A stretch of 64,000 nucleotides of DNA from contig CBDBGQ010000039.1 of NCBI GenBank assembly GCA_965205345.1, forward strand, positions 19,600 through 83,599. The letters are read 5' to 3'. Under the pieces are notes generated by a model. That model searched no databases. It was not told where the DNA came from and was given only the letters and a program-made list of their open reading frames with translations. This DNA comes from Acidobacteriota bacterium (lineage in GTDB: Bacteria > Acidobacteriota > UBA6911 > RPQK01 > CBDAPI01). Positions within the stretch are counted from its first letter, which is position 1. Each line of letters opens with the position of its first letter. The position numbers and the translations under genes were made by a program. Shown piece by piece: positions 35,013 to 42,949 of this stretch.

Positions 35013-36326
35013 TTGACGAGGGCCTGCCTGGAACGGATTGAGAGGTACAATCTGAAGCTGAATGCTTTTATCACGGTGACGCCCGACCTTGCCCTCGAGC
35101 AGGCGACCGCAATGGAAGCCGAACTAACCGCTGGAACCCATCGAGGTCCCCTGCACGGTATACCCATCGCCCTCAAAGACAATATCGACACGGCGGGAGT
35201 GCGGACGACGGCTGGCAGCGCCGTGTTTGCAGATCGGACCCCCACCGAGGATGCCGAAGTGACTCTCCGATTGAAGGAGGCAGGTGCTGTGTTGCTGGGC
35301 AAGCTCAACATGCACGAGTGGGCGGCGGGAGGCAGTTCGGTCATCAGTTTCTGGGGGCCCGTCCACAACCCCTGGAACCTGGACCACGAGACGGGAGGCT
35401 CCTCGGGTGGCTCCGCCGCGGCGGTGGCCGCCGATCTGTGCCTGGGAGCCCTGGGTACCGACACAGGCGGTTCTGTCCGGGTTCCCTCAGCTCACTGCGG
35501 CATCGTGGGCCTCAAACCCAATTATGGAAGAGTCAGTAACCGCGGAGTGATTCCTCTGGCGTGGTCGCGTGACCATGTAGGACCCATGTGCAAGACGGTC
35601 GCGGATGCTGCCTTGATGCTCCAGGTCCTGGCCGGCTACGATTCGGATGATCTCTCCTCTGCCGATGTGGCCGTTCCCAACTATGCCGAGGCGATCGGCC
35701 AGTCCGTGAAGGATTTTCGACTGGGCGTGCCACAGGCCTTCTTCTACGACGTGCTCGAAGACGAAGTGGGGGAAGCGGCCAGAGCAGCAGTCGAAGTGCT
35801 TCGTCCCCTGGTGGCCAGCGTCAGAGACGCAGTTCTGCCCGCAGTCCTGGACTTCTCTGGTGCGCTGGGCGCCGAGGTCTATGCTTACCACCGACCCTTG
35901 CTCCAGCGCGCTGGCGGGCGCTACCAGCCGGCTACCCGAAAAGGGATCGGTGCCCTGAAAGAGATCAGCGGGGCAGACTACGTACTGGCCCAGCGAACTC
36001 TGCAGAAACGGCGCCGCCAGATCATGAAGGTCTTTGACAGAGTGGACGTACTGGTGACCCCTACGGTCAAGTACGCCCCCCGTACCATCCAGTATTGGCT
36101 GGAGAGAGCCGAGGCGGAAAAACCGTTTCCACCGGAGATCTGGAACACCTGGCTGTTCAACATTTTCGGCCTGCCAGCCATCTCGATTCCCTGCGGTTTT
36201 ACGGAATCCGGCCATCCCATTGGTCTGCAGGTCGCGGGACCTCCGTTCCAAGAAAAGAAAGTCCTGGCGGTCGCCCATGCCTTTGAACAGGCCACCGAGT
36301 GGCACCTCCGCAACCCCACGCTTTGA
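35013..36326 (+). CDS. amidase-signature family amidase; its Tat-signal N-terminus (34847..35041) lies in a different frame
   Basis: GGSSGGSAAAVAADLC, KDNIDTAGVRTTAGS and the GLKPNYG Ser-cisSer-Lys motif context. The upstream ORF (TTG 34847 after AGGAGG) encodes NRRSFLITTAGTATTLKLA...QLSPTEL, which would join TRACLERIERYN if one nucleotide near 35013-35016 were removed. Confidence 0.85.
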   Translation: MTRACLERIERYNLKLNAFITVTPDLALEQATAMEAELTAGTHRGPLHGIPIALKDNIDTAGVRTTAGSAVFADRTPTEDAEVTLRLKEAGAVLLGKLNMHEWAAGGSSVISFWGPVHNPWNLDHETGGSSGGSAAAVAADLCLGALGTDTGGSVRVPSAHCGIVGLKPNYGRVSNRGVIPLAWSRDHVGPMCKTVADAALMLQVLAGYDSDDLSSADVAVPNYAEAIGQSVKDFRLGVPQAFFYDVLEDEVGEAARAAVEVLRPLVASVRDAVLPAVLDFSGALGAEVYAYHRPLLQRAGGRYQPATRKGIGALKEISGADYVLAQRTLQKRRRQIMKVFDRVDVLVTPTVKYAPRTIQYWLERAEAEKPFPPEIWNTWLFNIFGLPAISIPCGFTESGHPIGLQVAGPPFQEKKVLAVAHAFEQATEWHLRNPTL

Positions 36327-36342
36327 GAAAAACGGCCCCTCT

Positions 36343-37071
36343 TCACTTCCCCTTCCTGGCCAGGCAGCGGTAGCAGAGGGTGAACTCCTGGTCTCGATCA
36401 AATCGATCCAGGTAGTAGCACAGCAGCGGCCCCAGAAAGCAGAATAGGGCCAGAGACAGCAGCTCGATCGGGAAAAGCAGGATCCGAAGAACCTTCCCTC
36501 GAGGCCAGAAGAGAATTTTGGGGATGTACGTCAGTCGGTGGCCCAGGTAATGGAAGTAGCCGCCGATCGGATCGATCGTCCAGCTCTCAAAACCGGCTCC
36601 GGCGAGCAGACGCTCCAGGACGAAGCTCGTGAAACGGTAATAATCGTACGGTTGCTGGTGCTCGTGCCACCCCTGAGGAGCGGTCAGCCAGAGCCTTCCT
36701 CCCGGCTCGAGAATGCGATACATCTCCTGCAGAGCTCGACCGGGTTCCGGCAGGTGCTCCAGAACCTGGATATTGATCACCGCAGCAGCACAACCGGCCC
36801 TGAGTGGAAGATGCTGCAAATCGCCAACTACATCCAGGCGTGAATAATCCCAGCCGTCGTCTCCCCGGCCGAAATCGAGGGCTAGATAGAGGTTGCTCCT
36901 GAAAAGCTCGGCGAACCGGGGCTGGCCGGCTCCGGCGTCAACGATGACCGCGCTTGGGCCCACCGCCGCCGCTTCCGAGACGAACCTGCAGACGGCGTCC
37001 TCCAGAGGATTGATACGCCTCCTGAGGAAGGCCGGCAAAAGGTCGTAAACCCTGAAGTAAAAGCCCGACAT
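36343..37071 (-). CDS. class I SAM-dependent methyltransferase (type 11) with C-terminal membrane segment
   Basis: VIVDAGAGQPRF motif I and an LEHLPEPGRALQEMYRILEPGGRLWL post-I/II region. Confidence 0.8.
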   Translation of the reverse strand: MSGFYFRVYDLLPAFLRRRINPLEDAVCRFVSEAAAVGPSAVIVDAGAGQPRFAELFRSNLYLALDFGRGDDGWDYSRLDVVGDLQHLPLRAGCAAAVINIQVLEHLPEPGRALQEMYRILEPGGRLWLTAPQGWHEHQQPYDYYRFTSFVLERLLAGAGFESWTIDPIGGYFHYLGHRLTYIPKILFWPRGKVLRILLFPIELLSLALFCFLGPLLCYYLDRFDRDQEFTLCYRCLARKGK

Positions 37072-37132
37072 GGGGTCGCCATGCTATCATCAAATCCCTC
37101 GACCCGACCACGGATCGGATCCTGGATTCCGG

Positions 37133-38749
37133 ATGCTGAATACGCGCAGGAAGATACTCGTCGTGTGGGTCGTTTTGATCCTGGCGGGCAGCCAGTCCCT
37201 CTTTTCCCGCAATCTGCTCGTCTTCAGCATCGACTCCTGCCGGGCCGACCGATTCGGCATCTACGGATACCCGCGGGCGACCAGTCCAAACATCGATTCC
37301 TGGGCCAGGACTGGAACCGTCTTTCGGCATGCATACAGCACCTCCGCCTGGACGGCACCGGGACTGGTTTCTCTTCTGAGCGGGCTCTATCCGGCGACGC
37401 ACGAGGTGAACAATCGCGACAGGATGGGCTCCCCGGACCTCGTCACTCTGCCCAAACTCCTGAGGCAACGAGGGTACGAGGTGCCCAACCTGAATTTCTT
37501 CACCTTCGCTCCCTACTACGTGAACCTGGGTCTGGCGCCTGTAGAGAGACGGTATTTCGGTAGGAAACCCGGCGACGAGCTCTTGAACTGGCTCACAGAG
37601 AACCTGGACAGCGAAAGAACCGAACCTTTTTTCGTCTTCTATCACTCCACCATCGTCCACCAGCCCTACAATCCGAGCGACGATGTTCTTCCTGCTCCGC
37701 GAGAGGAACTGGAAAAACGACCCGCGATCCGAGCTGTCCTGAACGGAGCCATCGTGCCCCTTGGATCGACACGGTTCGCTGAAGGCGACAAAGAGATTCT
37801 GGACCAGCTCTATGATGCCGAGATTCGGGAAGTTGACCTGCTGTTCGGATCGATGCTCGACATCCTCAAAGACAAGGGCCTGCTCGGCGAGACTCTGATC
37901 GTGCTCACGGCTGATCATGGTGAAGAACTCCTTGATCACGGCTTCGTGGGGCACGCTTCGACCTCTCTGCAGGCCAAGCTGTATGAGGAACTCATCCGAA
38001 TTCCTCTCATCTTCTCCTGGCCGGGACACGTTCCCGTTAACCGGATCGAAGATGGTCTGGCGAGCCAGATCGATGTTCTCCCAACCGTTTTGAGCCTTCT
38101 CGGTTGGGAGCCCCCCGGGGCGGTCGAAGGAATCAATCTGCTGGCGCCGGAATCCACGCAGCGGACTCTCTATTTCGAGTCGATCATTGCCGGAAACCAG
38201 ACCACCAAAGAGAATGAGAAACTGTGGGTCAGAGCGGCTCGTAAGGGACACTTCAAGTTCATCACGACCGAAGAACTGTACGATCTGCATACCGACCCCC
38301 TGGAGACAACCAATCTGGCCGAAGTCAATTCAGCGCTAGCCAGGGCAATGCGAAGGGACATCGACGCCTGGGTCGGCGCTTCCTATCAGAAAGCCCGAGA
38401 GATTTTCCAGACTCAGCCCCGGCTCTACGTTCCCAGAGGGAAAGCCACCAGGTGCCCTACCATCCAGGTGCCGTCTGACGGATCCGTTCTCAGCTATGAC
38501 AAACACACGGGGGCTGTCCTGCTCCAGTGGCGGGGAGATCTGAGGACAGACTATCTGATTCAGTACGATATCGGGACCGGCGACCACCACATCACCGGGA
38601 TCTTCCCTGTGCGCGGGAATCATCAATTGCTTGGGCCTATCCATCCCGAACTGTGGACCAACCTCAAGGCGTGGAACCCGTTCAAGATTCGGGTATCCCC
38701 AAGAGCCTCGCGCGCCTGCTGGAGTGAGTGGGTTTCTTTTCAGTTCTAA
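37133..38749 (+). CDS. sulfatase-like hydrolase/transferase (alkaline phosphatase superfamily)
   Basis: LLVFSIDSCRADRFGIYGY and LTADHGEELLDHGFVGH motifs. Signal/TM at MLNTRRKILVVWVVLILAG. The start was chosen at the internal ATG 37133. Confidence 0.85.
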   Translation: MLNTRRKILVVWVVLILAGSQSLFSRNLLVFSIDSCRADRFGIYGYPRATSPNIDSWARTGTVFRHAYSTSAWTAPGLVSLLSGLYPATHEVNNRDRMGSPDLVTLPKLLRQRGYEVPNLNFFTFAPYYVNLGLAPVERRYFGRKPGDELLNWLTENLDSERTEPFFVFYHSTIVHQPYNPSDDVLPAPREELEKRPAIRAVLNGAIVPLGSTRFAEGDKEILDQLYDAEIREVDLLFGSMLDILKDKGLLGETLIVLTADHGEELLDHGFVGHASTSLQAKLYEELIRIPLIFSWPGHVPVNRIEDGLASQIDVLPTVLSLLGWEPPGAVEGINLLAPESTQRTLYFESIIAGNQTTKENEKLWVRAARKGHFKFITTEELYDLHTDPLETTNLAEVNSALARAMRRDIDAWVGASYQKAREIFQTQPRLYVPRGKATRCPTIQVPSDGSVLSYDKHTGAVLLQWRGDLRTDYLIQYDIGTGDHHITGIFPVRGNHQLLGPIHPELWTNLKAWNPFKIRVSPRASRACWSEWVSFQF

Positions 38750-38771
38750 TCCGCGATAAACTCGGCACAAG

Positions 38772-38806
38772 TAACCTAGAACCCAGAACCTAGAACCCAG
38801 AACCCA
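38772..38806. repeat. heptamer array TAACCTA GAACCCA GAACCTA GAACCCA GAACCCA
   Basis: Lies between convergent stops (38749 and 38809) and ends 2 nt from the rmlC-like stop. Confidence 0.9.
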
Positions 38807-38808
38807 TT

Positions 38809-39276
38809 TCAAGTAATCGCTGCCGGGGCCAGCCAGTCATATCCAATCACGGGATCATCGTGCGGAAGGCGGCCCTCATCCTCGGGCTCGTAGACTGCAG
38901 AGGTCAGATAGAAGAGTCCAGCCGGGCCACTCAGGATCTTGCAGCCATGCGCGACTCCAGGTGGGATAGCCACGACTATCGGCTCCTGGTGGTCCCCCAT
39001 CAGAAAGTCCTGGGTCACCCGAAAGGTCGATGAATCTTCGCGCAGATCGTGAAGGGCCACCTTGAGGACTCCATGGGAGACATACCACCAGTCGGTTTGC
39101 CTGCGGTGAAAATGCCAGGCCTTGATCACGCCCGGGTACATGATGGAATGACTCCACTGCCCAAATTCGCCAAAGAAACCATCCGTAACTCGAACCAGTT
39201 CTCGGAAAAAACCCCTTTCATCACGATGGGTCACCAACGACTTGAAAACCACGTCTTGAATGGTCGGCTCTGTCAT
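38809..39276 (-). CDS. dTDP-4-dehydrorhamnose 3,5-epimerase family (cupin) protein
   Basis: HRDERGFFRELV...KAWHFHRRQTDWWYV...PPGVAHGCK...RLPHDDPVIGYDW are RmlC-family motifs. Confidence 0.8.
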   Translation of the reverse strand: MTEPTIQDVVFKSLVTHRDERGFFRELVRVTDGFFGEFGQWSHSIMYPGVIKAWHFHRRQTDWWYVSHGVLKVALHDLREDSSTFRVTQDFLMGDHQEPIVVAIPPGVAHGCKILSGPAGLFYLTSAVYEPEDEGRLPHDDPVIGYDWLAPAAIT

Positions 39277-40007
39277 CAGAATCGCTTTCCTATTCTCCGG
39301 ATCTGGCCGTCACGAGTCAGAGCATACTCCTCGGGTAGAGTCTCTTCGATTCTTGGCCGGTACCCCCTCACACTCCACCTCAGCTGTTCCAGTCTCTCCA
39401 GAAGGTGTCCCCGAATCCGAGGGTGATCGTCCGAGTCCAGATAGCATTCGAGAATCGCTTCCCTGACGTCCTGCTCGGGAAGCTCGAACAGGTAATCGAT
39501 CGACGCCAGGCGGATATCGTCGTCACGCTCCTGCAAGTGCAGGCGCACGACCTCCTCCAGGCCAGGACTGTGGAGATCCCGGAGGCTGCGAATCATCTGG
39601 GCCTGGGGCTCCGGACTTGCCGGCGGGTTCTCCCAGTGGTGCCTTAACAGATCCTCCAGACGGGAGATTAACTCCTCTCGACTCAGAATTTCCCGCAAGG
39701 CACGAAGGGGCCAGTAAACCTGTCTCTCGGTCTTCAGGAACTGCATCAGCGGCGGAATCGTCTTCTCTCCGTGATGCACGATCCAGCTCAGCACCTGTTC
39801 CTTTTCCTCCTCGTCCTGCACCGAGGGAGAAACGGTGATCTGGAATCGGTCCAGGAGGGCCCGAAGAGCCTCCGGAGTACCCATCTCAGCAAGCTTCTGG
39901 GCAGCCCCGACGCGAACGGACGCATCACCATGCGGTTCCTTGACGCGCTTGCGCGCCTTTGCGATCTGGCGTTCCGGGGAGGGCCGGAAAATTGAGAGCA
40001 AGTCCAT
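39276..40007 (-). CDS. HEAT-repeat-like hypothetical protein
   Basis: All-helical repeat-like sequence (AAQKLAEMGTPEALRALLDRF...). ATGA-type overlap with the downstream gene. Weak family assignment. Confidence 0.45.
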   Translation of the reverse strand: MDLLSIFRPSPERQIAKARKRVKEPHGDASVRVGAAQKLAEMGTPEALRALLDRFQITVSPSVQDEEEKEQVLSWIVHHGEKTIPPLMQFLKTERQVYWPLRALREILSREELISRLEDLLRHHWENPPASPEPQAQMIRSLRDLHSPGLEEVVRLHLQERDDDIRLASIDYLFELPEQDVREAILECYLDSDDHPRIRGHLLERLEQLRWSVRGYRPRIEETLPEEYALTRDGQIRRIGKRF

Positions 40008-40096
40008 TTCGTTCTTGAAGCAAGTGGCATTTTAGCCCGACTGGGGCGACACCACAACACTTCCAGCCGGCGGGACGAATTCCTGAAATGGCGTAA

Positions 40097-41560
40097 TTGG
40101 GCTATGATGCACGCTCGATGGCGGCTGAACCATTACCCCGAAAGGGGCAGGAGATCGAGCTGGCGGTGACCACTTCCGGGTTTCAAGGAAAGTCCATCGC
40201 ACGAAAAGACGGGCTGGTGTTTTTCGTCGCCGGCGCAGTACCTGGAGATCGCGTCCGGGCAGTGGTTCTGAAGAGAAAAAAGAACTTCGTCGAGGCCGTA
40301 CTGACAGAATTGCTGGAACCCTCCGAAGATCGAATTGAGCCCCGCTGCCGACACTTTGGAATCTGTGGGGGTTGCCGCTGGCAGAATCTGAGCTACGCGC
40401 GCCAGTTGGCAGAAAAGCAGCTGCATGTTCAGGATCTGCTGGCTCGGATCGGGGGTCTGGAGCTGGAGGTCGCGGCTCCCATTCCGTCACCCAGACCCTA
40501 TTTCTACCGGAACAAGATGGAGTTCTCATTCGGGACGAATCGCTGGCTCTCCAGAGAAGAGATCGACACAGGTCTCCCCTTGAACAAAGGGTTCGCTCTG
40601 GGCCTGCACGTTCCTGGACGCTTTGACAAACTGGTGGACGTGAGGGAGTGCTTCCTGCAAAGCAGTCTCAGTGCCAGGGTTGTGAATCGAGTTCGGGAGA
40701 TTGCCCGGAGCAAAGGCTGGAGTGCTTACGACAATCGCATTCACAAGGGTTTCCTCAGGAACCTGGTGATCCGAACCTCCGAGGCGACCGGTGAGATCCT
40801 GGCCGCGGTCGTGACGATCAGATCTGACGAGGGGCGCATGGAAGAGCTCGGCTCTGCGCTGGCAAGTGAGTTCAAAGAGATCGTGACTCTTGTCAACGCA
40901 GTCAATCCGACCAGATCACCGGTGGCTCAGGGGGAGGAAAATATTATCTATGGAAGTGGTGCGATCACCGAGAGGATTCGAGATCTGTCCTTTCGCATCT
41001 CTCTGACGAGCTTTTTCCAACCCAATACACTGCAGGCAGAGAAGCTCTGCTTCCTCATCCAGGAACTGCTTCAACCTCGGCGTACTGAGCTGTTGTTCGA
41101 TATTTACTCCGGAGTCGGATGCATCGGGCTGTTCATGGCGTCCAGTGTGAAGCAGGTCGTGGGCTTCGAAAACAACCCCGGAGCGGTGGAAAACGCGCAA
41201 AGAAATGCCCGTGAGAATGGCATCCAGAATGTTGAATTCAAGGTCTCCGACGCCACAGAGGCTCTGTCCAGGGAAAGCCTCCGTGCTTTTGGGCACCCCG
41301 ATAAGGTTGTGCTGGATCCGCCGCGTCCAGGATTGAACAAGCGCATGTTGGCGAGACTCATGAAAGCGCGGCCCCGACGAATGATTTATGTGAGCTGTAA
41401 CCCGGCCACCCAGGCCCGAGACATCTCCGGCCTCACATCCTGCTACCAGGTTACCGCTGTTCAACTCCTGGACATGTTTCCGCAGACACCGCACATTGAA
41501 TGCGTGGTGCGCCTGGACCGCATCGAAAAGAAAGTCGCGGTCCCGCCGAGTGACCTCTAG
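40097..41560 (+). CDS. rlmD: 23S rRNA (uracil-C5)-methyltransferase RlmD/RumA family
   Basis: TRAM-like N-terminus, 4Fe-4S cysteines CRHFGICGGCRWQ, a SAM motif DIYSGVGCIG, and a C-terminal VSCNPATQARD...FPQTPHIECV. Confidence 0.9.
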   Translation: MGYDARSMAAEPLPRKGQEIELAVTTSGFQGKSIARKDGLVFFVAGAVPGDRVRAVVLKRKKNFVEAVLTELLEPSEDRIEPRCRHFGICGGCRWQNLSYARQLAEKQLHVQDLLARIGGLELEVAAPIPSPRPYFYRNKMEFSFGTNRWLSREEIDTGLPLNKGFALGLHVPGRFDKLVDVRECFLQSSLSARVVNRVREIARSKGWSAYDNRIHKGFLRNLVIRTSEATGEILAAVVTIRSDEGRMEELGSALASEFKEIVTLVNAVNPTRSPVAQGEENIIYGSGAITERIRDLSFRISLTSFFQPNTLQAEKLCFLIQELLQPRRTELLFDIYSGVGCIGLFMASSVKQVVGFENNPGAVENAQRNARENGIQNVEFKVSDATEALSRESLRAFGHPDKVVLDPPRPGLNKRMLARLMKARPRRMIYVSCNPATQARDISGLTSCYQVTAVQLLDMFPQTPHIECVVRLDRIEKKVAVPPSDL

Positions 41561-41571
41561 TGTCTAAAGCT

Positions 41572-41732
41572 AGTGTACTGTCCGGGAAGTTCGCGTCGTT
41601 AATTCGGGATGGATTTTCGTCGTCAGTGAGGCGCGCGACGCAGCAATGCCGGGAGTATTTCGAGGTAGCGCAACAAAGCTGTCGGCGAAAAGACGCCCGA
41701 AGTAGCGGCGTGAACTTTCCGGACAGTGCACT
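41572..41732. repeat. 24-bp inverted repeat arms (21/24) spanning a convergent intergenic region
   Basis: AGTGTACTGTCCGGGAAGTTCGCG (41572-41595) against the reverse complement of CGTGAACTTTCCGGACAGTGCACT (41709-41732). 113-nt spacer. Confidence 0.8.
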
Positions 41733-42714
41733 AGGGAACTTCCAGCACGATCTTTCCTGTATTCCGATTGGATTCCAGGTAGGCGTGAGCCTGGTCCGCC
41801 AGTGAAAGTGGGAAGACCCTGTCCACCACCGGGCGGATGGCACCGGAGTCCAGGAGCGGACAGGTGTGGGCCTTGAAATCGGCAACCAGACGGGCTTTCT
41901 CCTCCAGCCTTCGGGAACGCAGAACCGTGCCGATAATGGTGAGCCGCTTTCGCAGCAGTACCGACAGGTCAATCTCCGCTTTTCTGCCCCCGACCAGTCC
42001 CACCACTACCATCCGTCCAAGTTCCGCCAGGCAATCCAGATTGGGAGCGAAATGGCTGGCCCCCACCAGATCGAGAATGGCCGTGACCCCCTTCCCCCGT
42101 GTTGCTTTCAACACCTCCTCACGGAAACTCTGCTCCCGGTAGTTGATGGGGAGGTCGAGGCCCAGTTCTGACAGAGCGTCCAGCTTGGACTTCAATGAAG
42201 CTGTTCCAAACACTCGGACCCCCTCGCTCCTGGCGAGCTGAATCGCCGCCGTCCCCACGCCACTGGCAGCCGCGTGAATCAGCAGGCTCTCCCCTGAACG
42301 AATCCGGAGGCGGTTGAAGAGAGCGTCGTAAGCGGTAATAAAGACCTCGGGCAGGGCTGTGGCCTGAATGAAAGTCATCCCGGAGGGGACAGGAATCAAG
42401 AGCCGGTCAGGGCAGGCCACGTACTGTGCATACGCCGCTCCGGAAACCAGTCCCATGACCCGGTCACCCGCTTTCCAGCCCTCGACCTCAGCCCCGGGCT
42501 CTTCGACTTCCCCGGCAAACTCGAGTCCCGGAATGTCTTCCCGGATCCCCGGGGGTGGAGGGTAGAGACCCTGGCGCTGTAAGAGATCCGCCCGGTTGAC
42601 CCCGGCTGCACGGACACGTACAAGGACTTCTCCGGTATTCGGTCCGGGAGGGTCTGTTTCACCGATTTTGAGAACCTCCGGGGATCCCGGCCGGGACATT
42701 ATCACTGCCTTCAT
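41731..42714 (-). CDS. NAD(P)H:quinone oxidoreductase (zinc-type ADH superfamily, Qor/PIG3-like)
   Basis: MKAVIMSRPGSPEVLKIGE...AAASGVGTAAIQLA. The start was moved to ATG 42714 because the 42747 extension is read through a heptamer array. Confidence 0.88.
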   Translation of the reverse strand: MKAVIMSRPGSPEVLKIGETDPPGPNTGEVLVRVRAAGVNRADLLQRQGLYPPPPGIREDIPGLEFAGEVEEPGAEVEGWKAGDRVMGLVSGAAYAQYVACPDRLLIPVPSGMTFIQATALPEVFITAYDALFNRLRIRSGESLLIHAAASGVGTAAIQLARSEGVRVFGTASLKSKLDALSELGLDLPINYREQSFREEVLKATRGKGVTAILDLVGASHFAPNLDCLAELGRMVVVGLVGGRKAEIDLSVLLRKRLTIIGTVLRSRRLEEKARLVADFKAHTCPLLDSGAIRPVVDRVFPLSLADQAHAYLESNRNTGKIVLEVP

Positions 42715-42727
42715 GGGGGCCCCATTG

Positions 42728-42894
42728 TTCCACGTTTCACGTTCCACGTTCCACGTTGCGCAGTCACTATCGTTCCTGCTAATCGGCTTCCCTTGATTGT
42801 CACCTTTCTCCGGCGGGGCTTTTGAACATCACGCCGGGCGGTCGCGGCCCGAGGCCCCTCCCACTTTCATGAGCGCGCAACGTGGAACCTGGAA
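42728..42894. repeat. inverted heptamer-array element Y: (TTYCACG)4 - 125-nt core - CGTGGAA CCTGGAA
   Basis: Arrays at 42728-42755 and 42881-42894. The terminal stems TTCCACGTTGCGC...GCGCAACGTGGAA are complementary. Core boxes lie at 42760-42779, 42791-42801, 42841-42857 and 42862-42888 and are shared with X, W and Z. Confidence 0.85.
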
Positions 42895-42949
42895 CCTCCC
42901 TCCGCCCCCCAAGTACAATACGCCAGCACATGGAACGCGGTGTCCCATC

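Noticed and set aside
42715-42747. N-terminal ORF extensions such as MERETWNNGAP (qor), MPNQVTWNVKRETWNR (coxL-like), MKRGTWNLVPEE (55895), MERGTWNSLK (8135) and FWVLGSGFWVLG (18711).
   Set aside because: These peptides are simply translations of the heptamer arrays (CGTGGAA gives RGTWN, GGTTCTG gives FWVLGS). In-frame ATGs with proper N-termini or signal peptides lie just downstream, so the starts were moved.
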